From a bacterium (lineage in GTDB: Bacteria; Bacteroidota; Bacteroidia; Bacteroidales; FEN-979): a stretch of DNA of 64,000 bases. The position numbers and the translations under genes were made by a program. The DNA lies in assembly GCA_037131065.1 (NCBI GenBank), contig JBAXRT010000001.1, positions 391 to 64,390 on the forward strand. The letters are read 5' to 3'. The notes under the pieces were generated by a model. It did no database searches. It saw only the letters and a list, made by a program, of their open reading frames with translations, and was not told where the DNA came from. The first letter of the stretch is position 1. The number at the start of each line of letters is the position of its first letter. Positions 54,383 through 64,000 of the stretch are shown in pieces.

Positions 54383-56797
54383 TCAGCTTTTCTTTATCCG
54401 CATGTTGTAAAATGAGCGGTACACAAAGTATAAGGCAATGGCAAAAAATACGAATCCGATATATGGAGCGACTGAGAAGAAGTTTTCAGAAATAGCAATT
54501 TCCATCGCGAGAAGACCAAACAGGGTCGTGAATTTTATGATCGGGTTCAGGGCAACCGATGAGGTATCCTTGAAAGGATCACCCACAGTATCCCCAACAA
54601 CAGCAGCATCATGCAAAGGAGTTCCCTTCTCTTTCAGGTCAACTTCAACGACCTTCTTTGCATTGTCCCATGCGCCCCCGGCATTGGCCATGAAAATGGC
54701 CTGGAATAACCCGAAGAAAGCAATAGAAACGAGGTAACTGACAAAGAAGGAGGCAGCCGGATAACGCAGGGGATTTCCAGCCATGAAATTGGAATCCTGG
54801 TAACCCGAAAGGAAGGCAATGGCCAGCGCGAATGAAAAGATCGCAATGAAAATATTGAACATGCCATTCTGCGCATACTGGGTACAGATCTTGACCACCT
54901 CCTTGGAAGTTTCCACAGAGGCTTTTTTATCGGCATTCTCATCAAGACGGATGTTCTTTTTGATATACTCAACGGCACGGTAAGCTCCTGTGGTTACTGC
55001 CTGGATGGAAGCTCCCGTAAACCAGTAAATCACCGCCCCTCCCATCAGAAATCCAAGGATTGTATATGGATTGAGAACGTTAAGAATATACTCCGGTTCG
55101 ATACCGAATTTGTTTTTAATAACGAGGATCAGGGAGAATATCATGGTTGTGGCGCCCACAACAGCAGTTCCGATCAGTACAGGCTTGGCGGTTGCCTTAA
55201 AAGTATTACCTGCCCCATCGTTAGCCTCAAGGTAGTGCTTGGCATTCTCGAAATCGGGTTTGAATCCAAAATCTTTCTGAATTTCGGCAGTAGCCTGCTG
55301 CTTGTTCTCTTCAATCAGTGAAAGTTCATAGACCGACTGTGCATTATCGGTAACCGGTCCGTAACTGTCAACAGCGATCGTGACAGGTCCCATGCCAAGA
55401 AATCCGAAGGCAACAAGGCCAAAGGCAAATATTGCCGGGTATATCATGAAGGCATCCAATCCATTCTTGCTCGTGATGTACGCGACGAACATCAGGACAA
55501 GGAAGACCATGCCCTGCCAGAATGCGCTGAAGTTCCCTGCAACAAGACCTGAGAGAATGTTGAGTGATGCCCCGCCTTCACGTGAAGCAGTTACAACTTC
55601 GTTGACGTGCCGTGATTTGGGACTTGTAAAGATCTTGGTGAATTCTGGGATCAGGGCAGCGCCGAGTGTTCCGCAACTGATGATGATCGACAGGGTCAGC
55701 CAGAGATCATTCCTGAGATCTCCGATCATGAGGTAGCTTACAATAAAAGTGACGATGATTGAAAGAATGGAGGTTATCCAGACAAGGTTGGTAAGCGGAC
55801 GTTCAAAATCAATATCGTCTTTATGACCATACTTGGCCTGAGAGAAAGCCTTGTTGATATAAAATGCAGTTATGGAGGTGATAACCATCAATACACGCAT
55901 GACGAAGATCCAGGTAAGCAGCTGTTTCTGGTTTTCAATATCTCCCACAGCAAGGACAATGAAAGAGATCAATGCAACCCCGGTTACCCCGTAGGTTTCA
56001 AAGCCGTCGGCGGTCGGGCCGACACTGTCGCCGGCATTGTCGCCCGTACAATCGGCAATAACTCCGGGATTTCTTGGATCATCCTCTTTGATTTTAAATA
56101 CAACCTTCATCAGGTCGGAACCAATATCAGCGATCTTGGTAAAAATTCCACCTGCAATACGCAAGGCGGAAGCCCCAAGTGACTCTCCGATGGCAAAGCC
56201 AATAAAGCTGGCTCCGGCATATTCCCTCGGTACGAACAGAAGGATGATAAGCATCATGATCAACTCAACACAGATCAGCATAACGCCGATGCTCATCCCT
56301 GCATCAAGCGGAATATTCAATAACTTGATCGGCTTCTTTTCAAGGGAAGCGAAGGCCATGCGGCTGTTGGCCAGGGTGTTCATCCTGATTCCGAACCATG
56401 CTACGCTGTAAGACCCGAGAATACCAATCACCGCCCATCCGAGGATCAGAATCACGCCGCCAAACGGCATCGACTGAAGAAAACCGTAATAAAATGCAAT
56501 GCAAAGCCCAATGATCACAAAAAGGATCACCAGGAACTTACCCTGCTGAATCAGGTAGGTCTTGCAAGTCTCAAAAATAATCTTAGCAACATCCAGCATG
56601 GATTGATGTGCCTTGAGTTTCCTGACTTTCTGGAATTGATAATAACCAAAAAGCATCCCGAGAAAACAGATAAGGAATCCGAACAGGAGAAGGTTGTTCT
56701 GTTGCCCGGTTAATTCAGGGATTTTTAGATCGGCTTCACTTGCCAATGAAAATAAGGGCAGCAATATCGCCGCCAGCAGGGTAATCCGTTTTTTCAT
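54383..56797 (-). CDS. hppA: Membrane-bound ion-translocating pyrophosphatase
   Basis: GDTVGDPFKDTSSVALNPIIKF, DCTGDNAGDSVGP and DNVGD-type motifs. About 16 TM helices. Confidence 0.95.
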   Translation of the reverse strand: MKKRITLLAAILLPLFSLASEADLKIPELTGQQNNLLLFGFLICFLGMLFGYYQFQKVRKLKAHQSMLDVAKIIFETCKTYLIQQGKFLVILFVIIGLCIAFYYGFLQSMPFGGVILILGWAVIGILGSYSVAWFGIRMNTLANSRMAFASLEKKPIKLLNIPLDAGMSIGVMLICVELIMMLIILLFVPREYAGASFIGFAIGESLGASALRIAGGIFTKIADIGSDLMKVVFKIKEDDPRNPGVIADCTGDNAGDSVGPTADGFETYGVTGVALISFIVLAVGDIENQKQLLTWIFVMRVLMVITSITAFYINKAFSQAKYGHKDDIDFERPLTNLVWITSILSIIVTFIVSYLMIGDLRNDLWLTLSIIISCGTLGAALIPEFTKIFTSPKSRHVNEVVTASREGGASLNILSGLVAGNFSAFWQGMVFLVLMFVAYITSKNGLDAFMIYPAIFAFGLVAFGFLGMGPVTIAVDSYGPVTDNAQSVYELSLIEENKQQATAEIQKDFGFKPDFENAKHYLEANDGAGNTFKATAKPVLIGTAVVGATTMIFSLILVIKNKFGIEPEYILNVLNPYTILGFLMGGAVIYWFTGASIQAVTTGAYRAVEYIKKNIRLDENADKKASVETSKEVVKICTQYAQNGMFNIFIAIFSFALAIAFLSGYQDSNFMAGNPLRYPAASFFVSYLVSIAFFGLFQAIFMANAGGAWDNAKKVVEVDLKEKGTPLHDAAVVGDTVGDPFKDTSSVALNPIIKFTTLFGLLAMEIAISENFFSVAPYIGFVFFAIALYFVYRSFYNMRIKKS

Positions 56798-56827
56798 ATG
56801 AATGTATTTAGTTATTTAGACTGGTTA

Positions 56828-56835
56828 CAAAAATA
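56828..56835 (-). promoter_or_regulatory. -7 box TATTTTTG (reverse strand) for hppA
   Basis: TAnnTTTG match, 30 nt upstream of the ATG at 56797. Confidence 0.5.
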
Positions 56836-56901
56836 AGAGGATTTTTTTAAACTGCAACTAGTTTTTTTGCCCATGGTTTTGCCCCATGTCAAAAAATGCC
56901 G

Positions 56902-56909
56902 TAGGTTTG
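56902..56909 (+). promoter_or_regulatory. -7 box TAGGTTTG for the bifunctional-nuclease gene
   Basis: TAnnTTTG match, 24 nt upstream of the ATG at 56934. It lies inside the track ORF extension, which supports the trimmed start. Confidence 0.5.
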
Positions 56910-56933
56910 TACATAGGAAAAGCGGATCGGAAA

Positions 56934-57518
56934 ATGGAAAAAATCAGGCTTGATATCGTTGGCATGTCTTACAGCCAGTCACAGTCCGGTGCCTATGCCC
57001 TGATTCTCGGGGAACGAGATGGGAAGAGAAGACTGCCTATCATCATCGGTGGCTTTGAAGCCCAGGCCATTGCCATTGAACTTGAGAAAATAAAGACCCC
57101 GCGCCCGCTCACGCACGACCTTTTCAGAACCTTTGCAGAGGTCTATGGGATCCGGATCACGGAAGTGGTAATTAATAAATTCAGTGAGGGAGTATTTTAT
57201 GCAAAGCTGGTATGCTCTGACGGAAAAAACGAGCAGGACGTGGATTCCCGGACCTCCGATGCAATCGCACTCTCCCTTCGGTTCAATTGCCCCATCTACA
57301 CCTACGAAAGTATAATGGTTGCCGCAGGGATTCTGGTAGATGAGGAGTCGGAGAAGGCTGCCACCGAGGATTCAAAAAAGGAAGATCAGCCGCCGGCGCA
57401 ATCAGATTACAGCGAACTTTCCATGGCCGAACTCGGGGAAATGCTCCAGGTTGCAATTGAAAAAGAGGAGTATGAAAAAGCTTCAAAAATCAGGGACGAA
57501 ATAAACAAAAGAAAATAA
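56934..57518 (+). CDS. Bifunctional nuclease (BFN/DUF151) domain protein with a C-terminal UVR motif
   Basis: MEKIRLDIVGMSYSQSQSGAYALILGE…RLPIIIGGFEAQAIA…RPLTHDL is typical of BFN. C-terminal LQVAIEKEEYEKASKIRDEI is a UvrB/C-type motif. Confidence 0.8.
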   Translation: MEKIRLDIVGMSYSQSQSGAYALILGERDGKRRLPIIIGGFEAQAIAIELEKIKTPRPLTHDLFRTFAEVYGIRITEVVINKFSEGVFYAKLVCSDGKNEQDVDSRTSDAIALSLRFNCPIYTYESIMVAAGILVDEESEKAATEDSKKEDQPPAQSDYSELSMAELGEMLQVAIEKEEYEKASKIRDEINKRK

Positions 57519-57534
57519 AATAAAACCAATACTT

Positions 57535-58785
57535 ATGGGACTTAAGCTTCGCCTTATCATAATGAATTTTCTGCAGTTTTTTATCTGGGGCTCCTGGCTT
57601 CTGACCATAGGTAATTATTGCGACAATACCATGCACTGGTCCTATGCCGAATTCGGTGCCATCTTTGCCACGATGGGCATAGCTTCCCTTTTCATGCCTG
57701 CCCTCACCGGGATCATCGCCGACCGCTGGATCAATGCTGAACGGCTCTACGGCACCCTTCACATCCTGGCTGCCCTGATTCTTTTTTCGGTGCCGTTGAT
57801 CAAGGATTCCACCATTATGTTCTGGATCATGCTCCTGAATATGTGCTGCTACATGCCTACCATCTCTCTTTCAATCACTGTAGCCTATACCTCCCTTGAA
57901 AATCGTAACCTTAACATCATCAGGGAATATCCACCCATCAGGGTTTGGGGAACCATTGGTTTTATAGCTGCACTCTGGAATATCAGTTTGCTTAACCTTG
58001 AAACTTCTGCCTCACAGTTTTATATTGCATCGTTCGTCTCCCTGCTTCTCGGGCTTTACGCTTTTACCCTTCCCAAATGCCCACCCCTCGGGAAAGCGGT
58101 CAGCACCTCACTAGCCAATTCCCTTGGCCTGAATGCCTTCTTGTTGTTTAAAAATTCCAAAATGGCGATTTTCTTTCTTTTCGCCATGTTTCTGGGGGCC
58201 TCGTTGCAACTTACGAATGCATACGGGGCGAACTTCCTCGACGACTTTGCCCGGATCCCTGAATACAAGGACCTGGCAGCAGTTAAGTTTCCAGCCATCA
58301 TCATGTCCATCTCGCAGATATCCGAAACGCTCTTCATTCTCACCATACCATTCTTTATGAAGCGGTTCGGGATCAAAAAGGTGATGCTCTTCAGTATGAT
58401 TGCCTGGGTACTGAGGTTCGGACTCTTCTCGTTTGGCGACCCGGCAGGCGGTCTCTGGATGATCATCCTCTCATGCATTATCTACGGGATGGCATTCGAT
58501 TTCTTTAATATTTCGGGTTCTCTCTTTGTTGAGACCCAGAGCAAACCAGAGATCAAGGCCAGCGCCCAGGGACTCTTCATGATGATGACCAACGGTTTCG
58601 GGGCAATCCTCGGCAGTGCGTTAAGTGGTATCATAATCGAACAATTCTTCAGGAAGGACGGGGTTGCCGACTGGCCTGGAATCTGGATGACTTTTGCCAT
58701 TTACTCGCTTATTATTACAATCCTGTTTGCTGTCCTGTTCCGGCATAAACACGACCCGAAAACCTTTTCTGAAATTCACCACTGA
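57535..58785 (+). CDS. Nucleoside:H+ symporter family MFS permease (NupG/XapB-like)
   Basis: N-terminus [24 protein letters not shown] parallels NupG. 12 TM helices. Confidence 0.85.
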   Translation: MGLKLRLIIMNFLQFFIWGSWLLTIGNYCDNTMHWSYAEFGAIFATMGIASLFMPALTGIIADRWINAERLYGTLHILAALILFSVPLIKDSTIMFWIMLLNMCCYMPTISLSITVAYTSLENRNLNIIREYPPIRVWGTIGFIAALWNISLLNLETSASQFYIASFVSLLLGLYAFTLPKCPPLGKAVSTSLANSLGLNAFLLFKNSKMAIFFLFAMFLGASLQLTNAYGANFLDDFARIPEYKDLAAVKFPAIIMSISQISETLFILTIPFFMKRFGIKKVMLFSMIAWVLRFGLFSFGDPAGGLWMIILSCIIYGMAFDFFNISGSLFVETQSKPEIKASAQGLFMMMTNGFGAILGSALSGIIIEQFFRKDGVADWPGIWMTFAIYSLIITILFAVLFRHKHDPKTFSEIHH

Positions 58786-58828
58786 TTTACTAAATGAATT
58801 TCGCTGTTTCACCATTTCGCTATTTAAT

Positions 58829-59623
58829 ATGAAACAATACCTCGCCCTCCTTGATCACGTGATGAAAAACGGAGCTGAAAAGAGCGACCGGACAGGGACA
58901 GGCACGATCAGCGTTTTCGGATACCAGATGCGGTTTGACCTCAGGGAAGGATTCCCGGTCATGACAACCAAAAAGCTGCACCTTCGCTCGATTATCCATG
59001 AACTGCTTTGGTTCCTGAAAGGGGAGACCAACGTCAGCTATTTGCGTGAAAACAAGGTGACCATCTGGGATGAATGGGCGGATAAAAACGGAGAGCTCGG
59101 CCCGGTCTATGGTTACCAGTGGCGCTCCTGGCCAAAACCCGACGGGAACTCCGTCGATCAGATCACACAGGTAATTGGTTCAATCAGATCAAATCCGGAC
59201 TCACGCCGCCATATCGTGAGTGCATGGAATGTCGGGTCTCTCGAAAAAATGGCCCTTCCCCCTTGCCACCTTCTCTTCCAGTTCTATGTTGCAAACGGTA
59301 CCCTCTCGTGTCAGATGTACCAGCGCAGCTGCGATATATTTCTCGGCGTCCCCTTTAACATCGCATCCTATGCCCTCCTCACCATGATGGTGGCGCAGGT
59401 AACAGGATTAAAGCCTTGGGAATTTGTTCATACGCTTGGCGATGCCCATATCTACCATAACCACCTCGAACAGGTCAGGCTCCAGCTGACAAGGGAACCA
59501 TACCCGCTTCCGCGGATGATTATCAATCCCCAAGTGAGGGATATTTTTGATTTTAAATTTGAAGATTTCACGCTCGAGGGATATCAGGCTCATCCCCATA
59601 TCAAAGGCCAAATTGCAGTCTAA
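58829..59623 (+). CDS. thyA: Thymidylate synthase
   Basis: Start trimmed to [22 protein letters not shown] and the active site [12 protein letters not shown]. Confidence 0.97.
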   Translation: MKQYLALLDHVMKNGAEKSDRTGTGTISVFGYQMRFDLREGFPVMTTKKLHLRSIIHELLWFLKGETNVSYLRENKVTIWDEWADKNGELGPVYGYQWRSWPKPDGNSVDQITQVIGSIRSNPDSRRHIVSAWNVGSLEKMALPPCHLLFQFYVANGTLSCQMYQRSCDIFLGVPFNIASYALLTMMVAQVTGLKPWEFVHTLGDAHIYHNHLEQVRLQLTREPYPLPRMIINPQVRDIFDFKFEDFTLEGYQAHPHIKGQIAV

Positions 59624-59632
59624 AAAAGTCGT

Positions 59633-60133
59633 ATGATCTCTATCATTGTTGCTGTAGCGGATAACCTGGCCATCGGAAAAAATAACGACCTCCTCTGGCA
59701 TATCCCCGAGGATCTTAAAAGATTTAAACAGATCACTTCAGGTCATACCGTCATCATGGGAAAACGCACCTATGAATCCCTTCCGCGGAGACCCCTACCG
59801 AACAGGCGTAACCTTGTGATTACCGACGTGCCTGGCGAGACCATCAAAGGATGCGAAATGGCCTACTCCATCGATGATGCCGTCCGCCTCAGTGATCCCG
59901 GGAAGGAGAATTTTATCATCGGCGGTGCTTCTGTTTACAGGCAATTCCTGCCCCTTGCCGATCGTCTTTACTTGACACATGTCTACAATAATTTTGAGGG
60001 TGATGTTTTCTTTCCCGTGATCGAGTTGTCGGAATGGGAACAGATCTCCAGGGAAGATCATCCGCCCGATGAAAAGAATGATTTTGCTTATAGTTTCCTG
60101 GTCTATAACCGTAGAAAAATCAGTGCTCGATGA
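59633..60133 (+). CDS. folA: Dihydrofolate reductase
   Basis: MISIIVAVADNLAIGKNNDLLW, TVIMGKRTYESL and FIIGGASVY. Confidence 0.93.
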   Translation: MISIIVAVADNLAIGKNNDLLWHIPEDLKRFKQITSGHTVIMGKRTYESLPRRPLPNRRNLVITDVPGETIKGCEMAYSIDDAVRLSDPGKENFIIGGASVYRQFLPLADRLYLTHVYNNFEGDVFFPVIELSEWEQISREDHPPDEKNDFAYSFLVYNRRKISAR

Positions 60134-60957
60134 AGTGCCTTCTTCTTTACTCTTTATCTATCTCATTACTGTTTACCGCGGTCTCCTGCTCCAAAAACAA
60201 AGAGACTGATCTGAAACCAATCCTGAATGCGGCCAATGACATCATCCTTGTCCAGCGCCCCTTCATCTTTGCCTTTAACCTGCTGGTCAAGGCATCGCTT
60301 GATTCCGCACTTCAGGCGAATTATCATGCAAACATCGACAGCTCCGCCGTCGTCCTCAACCCGGGGAAGAAAAAATATACCTTTTCTTTTACCGGGAAAC
60401 TCTGTCCCGACAGTGTAATCAGGTTCGGATATATCCAGGCCATCCTGGATACGAATCTTTTTATCCCCGGATCAAAAGTGAAGATCGTTTTCAACTACTA
60501 TTCAGAGGACAGTCATGGAATCACGGCTGACGACAGCCTATTGAACGAAGGGCCACTGCCGGGGGGAGAACTTATTTTTAAGAATATGCTATCCGGAGTG
60601 TCCATTTCAAAGGATATCACCAGGAATATCAAATGGGAGGGGAGCTTCAATTTTCATGTTCAATCCGATATAATCTACCATGGCACAAAAAAGGCTGTCA
60701 TCACAGTGGATGGTTCCGGACAGGGGACCTCATCCATGGGATATTTGTTCTACTCCTCCATTGCCTCTTCACTCAGGGACAGTCTTGATTGTCCCTGGCC
60801 TAAAGACGGGATCATCAATTTCTATATGCCCGAGGTGGAACCAAAAAACGGCTCCATTGAGTTTATGGCAAAAAAATCCTGTAATAACCATATTAACTAC
60901 AATTTCGATGGGGTCCTTTACGAAGGATGGATCAGTGATAAGTACCTGATCAAATAA
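60130..60957 (+). CDS. Hypothetical lipoprotein translationally coupled to folA
   Basis: ATGA overlap with the folA stop. Signal plus lipobox (LLFTAVSCSKNKE). No recognisable domain. Confidence 0.5.
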   Translation: MKCLLLYSLSISLLFTAVSCSKNKETDLKPILNAANDIILVQRPFIFAFNLLVKASLDSALQANYHANIDSSAVVLNPGKKKYTFSFTGKLCPDSVIRFGYIQAILDTNLFIPGSKVKIVFNYYSEDSHGITADDSLLNEGPLPGGELIFKNMLSGVSISKDITRNIKWEGSFNFHVQSDIIYHGTKKAVITVDGSGQGTSSMGYLFYSSIASSLRDSLDCPWPKDGIINFYMPEVEPKNGSIEFMAKKSCNNHINYNFDGVLYEGWISDKYLIK

Positions 60958-60973
60958 CAATACCAGAAAAATT

Positions 60974-62275
60974 TCAGGTCTTTCTCTTCTCTTTCTTGGC
61001 GGCAGGGAAAAGAACATTATTGAGGATAAGCCTGTAGCCTGGTGAGTTGGGATGCAGGTTCAGGTCTGTGGGCGGATCACCTACCAGGTGCTGGTAATCT
61101 TCCGGGTCATGTCCGCCAAGGAAAGTCCAGGTTCCCTTACCGAAATCCCCGTGAATATAACGTGCTTCCCCAAGGGCTTTACTCTCACCCAGGATAACCA
61201 CGTTCGACTTGAGGTATTTCTTGTTGAAGGCTGTCGTCTGTCCCATGAACCCATGGATCAGCGACTCGTGATCCTGGCATAGCATGCTGGGTATCGGATC
61301 CCATTTTGCCGAGAATTCGAACAGGGAAAAGAAATCATTCGCCCAGGTCAGGTTCTTGGGCCTGCTCTCGGTCACATCAATGGATGAGATCTCGTACTCA
61401 TAGGGATTGTTGCTTATATGGAAATTATCAAAGGCAAAACACTTGCTGTAATCCAGCTTCGATTGTGCCTCCTGATCCTGAGGATCACTGTCGAACATCA
61501 CGTCGCAGATATCGACGCCTTCAGCGGCAAGGGCGACATCATAGCTGTCGGGGGCTGAGCACATCGAAAAAAGATAACCCCCGCCAACAACGAAGTCCCT
61601 TATCTTCCCGGCAACGGCAAGTTTCATCTGCGAAACCTTTTGATACCCGAGTTTGGAGGCCATCGACTCATTGATCTTTACATCCTCCTGGTACCATGCA
61701 GCATTCCGGTATGCCGCCCAGAACTTTCCGTACTGCCCTGTGAAATCTTCATGATGCAGGTGCAGCCAGTCATACAAAGGCAAAACCCCGGAAATGATCT
61801 CTTCATCATAAAGGATGTCATAGGGTATCTCTGCATAGGTCAACACCAGCGTAACCGCATCATCCCAGGGTAGCTTGTTTTTAGGGGAATATACAGCAAT
61901 CTTAGGCGCCTTGTGCAGTTTCACATTTTCCATGTTCACCTGCGGTTCGGAGATCTCAAGTAGAATGGCTGAATACTGGGCATCGGCGATCACCTGGTAA
62001 CTGACTCCCCGGATATTACACTCCTCCTCCAGCAATTTAGAATAACCGAACATAAAACTACCCCCGCGGTAATTGAGCAGCCAGTCGACCTCGACATCCC
62101 GGGTGAGCACCCAGTATGCAATCCCATATGATTTCAGATGATTTTTCTGCGTTTCATCCATGGGAATAAGAATGTAAGCGCCGCGGGAAACCAGGGTGGC
62201 GAAAAGCAGTAAAATCAGGAAGGTTAACCGGATATACCCTTGATTAGAACGGCGTCTCATGGTCGCTTTCATCAT
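60974..62275 (-). CDS. Conserved hypothetical signal-anchored protein, possibly a class I glutamine-amidotransferase-like fold
   Basis: N-terminal anchor IRLTFLILLLFATLV. Nucleophile-elbow-like GGGYLFSMCSAPD. Its start region overlaps the dnaB stop (62244). The fold guess is weak. Confidence 0.45.
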   Translation of the reverse strand: MMKATMRRRSNQGYIRLTFLILLLFATLVSRGAYILIPMDETQKNHLKSYGIAYWVLTRDVEVDWLLNYRGGSFMFGYSKLLEEECNIRGVSYQVIADAQYSAILLEISEPQVNMENVKLHKAPKIAVYSPKNKLPWDDAVTLVLTYAEIPYDILYDEEIISGVLPLYDWLHLHHEDFTGQYGKFWAAYRNAAWYQEDVKINESMASKLGYQKVSQMKLAVAGKIRDFVVGGGYLFSMCSAPDSYDVALAAEGVDICDVMFDSDPQDQEAQSKLDYSKCFAFDNFHISNNPYEYEISSIDVTESRPKNLTWANDFFSLFEFSAKWDPIPSMLCQDHESLIHGFMGQTTAFNKKYLKSNVVILGESKALGEARYIHGDFGKGTWTFLGGHDPEDYQHLVGDPPTDLNLHPNSPGYRLILNNVLFPAAKKEKRKT

Positions 62276-63809
62276 CCATCTTCGACATTATCGTACGCGT
62301 GCGTACCGAACCATCAAACGAGGAATTGGATGGAATAGTATCTGCCGGAGTGTATTCCATCTCCAGGTCAATGAACTTGGCAAACTTTGAAACAAATTTC
62401 ATTTTGATATCCTTCAGGGGGCCGTTACGGTTCTTGGAAATGCTTACTTCAGCTGCCCCTGATGTGGATTCACCCGCTTCATCAACATCAATTTTATAAT
62501 ATTCGGGCCTGTAGATGAAAAGGACCATATCAGCATCCTGTTCAATGGATCCCGATTCACGTAAATCGGAAAGGATCGGCTTTGCAGCTGCAGATCTTTT
62601 CTCCGGGGCCCGGCTGAGCTGCGACAACGCGATGACGGGGACGTTAAGCTCCTTTGCCAGGCTTTTCAGGGCTCTTGATATGCTGCTGATCTCCTGCTCG
62701 CGATTCCCCTTGTGCTCCTGGCTTCCCTGCATCAGCTGAAGATAATCCACGACGATCAGCTGGATGTCGTGACGGGCCTTGAGCCTTCGGCATTTTGCAC
62801 GCAGGTCGAAGATGGATAATGCAGCAGTATCGTCGATGAACAGAGGAGCCTCAAGAAGTTTGGAGATCTTGGCATTTAGCTGCTCCCACTCAAAATCGGC
62901 CATGACCCCACGACGCAGTTTCTCCTGGGGAATTTCAGTCTCACTGGAGATCAGCCTTGTTACCAGCTGGATGGCCGACATTTCAAGTGAAAAGAAAGCA
63001 ACCGGCTTCTTGAAATCGATTGCGGCATTCCTTGCCATCGTAAGGGCGAAAGCCGTTTTACCCATACCGGGACGGGAAGCAACGATGATGAGATCTGACT
63101 TCTGCCAGCCCGAGGTGATCCTGTCCATCTCACTGAAACCGGATCCGACGCCACGCAGCTGGCCTTCATGCTTCCTCCCTGCCGTTATCTCCTTGATCGC
63201 CTCCCTGACGATCGACTGCATATCCATGGTTGCCTTCCCGATGCTGCTTTCGCTGATGGCAAAAATTTCGTTCTCCGCTTTGTCGAGAAGATCAAAAACG
63301 TCTGTCGTATCTTCGTATGCCTCCCTGATGATTCCTGAACTTACCCTGATCAGTTCACGCTGGATGTGTTTCTGAAGAATGATCCTGGAATGAAACTCAA
63401 TATTTGCAGCCGAAGCCACACGGTTGGTGAGCATCGTGATGTAGTAAGGACCACCCACTAATTCAAGGGCCCCGCGCTGCCTGAGCTCCTCCGTTACCGT
63501 GAGTATGTCGACAGGCTGGTTATTGGCGAATAGCTGCTGTATGGCTGCGAAGATCTGCTGATGAGACTCTTTGTAGAATGCTTCAGGTTTCAGGACCTCG
63601 ATAACCTCTGCAAGACGGTCATTCTCCAGCATCATGGCGCCCAGGACGGCCTCCTCCAGGTCCATTGCCTGGGGTGGCACCTTTCCCTGTTCATGGAAAA
63701 CCTCTGTAAAGGCACTGTTACTCCCCCTCCTTTTATTCCTCTGGTCAGCCTGCGCCGGCGCTCCCCTCAAACCACCCGGTCCGCTGTTGTATTTCTCTTT
63801 CTCTTCCAT
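62244..63809 (-). CDS. dnaB: Replicative DNA helicase
   Basis: N-terminal PPQAMDLEEAVLGAMML, Walker A ASRPGMGKTAF, Walker B LIVVDYLQLM, and RecA-like C-terminal motifs. Confidence 0.95.
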   Translation of the reverse strand: MEEKEKYNSGPGGLRGAPAQADQRNKRRGSNSAFTEVFHEQGKVPPQAMDLEEAVLGAMMLENDRLAEVIEVLKPEAFYKESHQQIFAAIQQLFANNQPVDILTVTEELRQRGALELVGGPYYITMLTNRVASAANIEFHSRIILQKHIQRELIRVSSGIIREAYEDTTDVFDLLDKAENEIFAISESSIGKATMDMQSIVREAIKEITAGRKHEGQLRGVGSGFSEMDRITSGWQKSDLIIVASRPGMGKTAFALTMARNAAIDFKKPVAFFSLEMSAIQLVTRLISSETEIPQEKLRRGVMADFEWEQLNAKISKLLEAPLFIDDTAALSIFDLRAKCRRLKARHDIQLIVVDYLQLMQGSQEHKGNREQEISSISRALKSLAKELNVPVIALSQLSRAPEKRSAAAKPILSDLRESGSIEQDADMVLFIYRPEYYKIDVDEAGESTSGAAEVSISKNRNGPLKDIKMKFVSKFAKFIDLEMEYTPADTIPSNSSFDGSVRTRTIMSKMDDESDHETPF

Positions 63810-63872
63810 CTGTCAAAAATAGAATATATACCCCTGTTTTTCTTCTCATTCCTGAGAATTATTTATCAACAA

Positions 63873-64000
63873 TCAGAAACAAAAGGTAAGGCCGATGTGG
63901 CCCCACTTGTGCCATAATCCCTCACTGAACTCGGGACTCAGCAGAAACTGTTCCGCCTCAATCTGGAATCCGCCATAACTAATGACCAGCCCGACTGATG
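63873..64000 (-). CDS. 3' end of a gene entering from the right edge (possible outer-membrane beta-barrel C-terminus)
   Basis: The reverse frame is open from the window edge: …SVGLVISYGGFQIEAEQFLLSPEFSEGLWHKWGHIGLTFCF, with the stop at 63873..63875. The terminal Phe and strand-like ending are typical of OMPs. Only 41 codons are visible. Confidence 0.4.
   Translation of the reverse strand, partial: SVGLVISYGGFQIEAEQFLLSPEFSEGLWHKWGHIGLTFCF

Noticed and set aside
9886-58828. N-terminal extensions in the ORF track (starts at 287, 9886, 11348, 13354, 14278, 15599, 21370, 24235, 38353, 44710, 49838, 53773, 56886, 58694)
   Set aside because: The extensions overlap upstream genes, translate repeat or promoter sequence, or precede clear signal peptides or conserved N-termini. 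Internal ATG/TTG starts fit better and are in several cases preceded by a TAnnTTTG box (gcvP, the nuclease gene, guaB).
60974-62275. A recollection that homologues of this 433-aa protein are sometimes labelled asparagine synthetase B
   Set aside because: I see no AsnB N-terminal Cys-Gly amidotransferase start and no PP-loop SGGxDS motif in the sequence. The label is probably a propagated mis-annotation, so it is left as hypothetical.
63814-63821. TAnnTTTG match (TATTTTTG, reverse strand) upstream of dnaB
   Set aside because: It lies only 4 nt from the ATG, so a transcript starting downstream of it would lack the start codon. The conserved PPQ…EAVLG N-terminus requires that ATG. It is probably a chance match in AT-rich sequence. 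A similar box at 52215-52222, 4 nt from the PKD gene start, was rejected for the same reason.
1-64000. Search for mobile elements, prophage, toxin-antitoxin or defence islands (integrases, transposases, restriction-modification, Cas, abortive-infection ATPases, tRNA insertion targets)
   Set aside because: None was recognised on either strand. Every ORF above ~150 aa is accounted for by housekeeping, envelope or respiratory functions or is a shadow ORF. The only accessory-like signal is the short-repeat family reported in the findings.

Overview
This looks like a dense chromosomal window from a Bacteroidota-type genome. The evidence is two secreted proteins with T9SS (TIGR04183-type) C-terminal sorting domains, TAnnTTTG -7 promoter boxes, almost no Shine-Dalgarno sequences, and ECF-sigma modules, one followed by a DUF4252-like gene. 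I count roughly 50 protein genes, most of them housekeeping: guaB, a PPIase/SurA trio, moxR, pstSCAB, a POT transporter, psd-cdsA-ftsH-rsfS, uvrA, rfbC, lpd, gcvP, hppA, a NupG-like permease, thyA-folA and dnaB. There is also a Thr/Met-type cluster (two Cys/Met-PLP enzymes, thrC, thrH, an SDR, an esterase). I found no rRNA, tRNA, CRISPR array, transposase, integrase, prophage or recognisable defence genes. Four things are not routine. (1) At the left end sits a respiratory module: a Tat Fe-S protein (NrfC-like), an NrfD-like quinone subunit carrying an unusual ~310-aa C-terminal fusion, a monohaem cytochrome c, a polytopic membrane protein, and an ImcH-like 3-TM heptahaem cytochrome. No catalytic subunit gene is visible. 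(2) A family of phase-coherent 7-, 8- and 9-bp tandem arrays occupies nine loci. They are built from a small shared vocabulary (TCGTCAC, AGTCYGC, AAATCTA, AAATCGT). They lie almost only at gene boundaries, bracket one- or two-gene units, and occur once in-frame inside an anti-sigma-like gene. I rate this the most unusual signal in the window. (3) A translationally coupled outer-membrane pair has a larger member combining ComEA-like helix-hairpin-helix motifs with a big beta-barrel-like body. (4) An ECF-sigma partner combines a cytoplasmic N-terminus and a TM helix with a C-terminal porin-like region. Many ORF-track starts were trimmed to internal starts supported by signal peptides, homologous N-termini or promoter boxes. 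Several long ORFs antisense to clear genes were rejected. All functional calls rest on motif and family recognition by eye; no searches were run.
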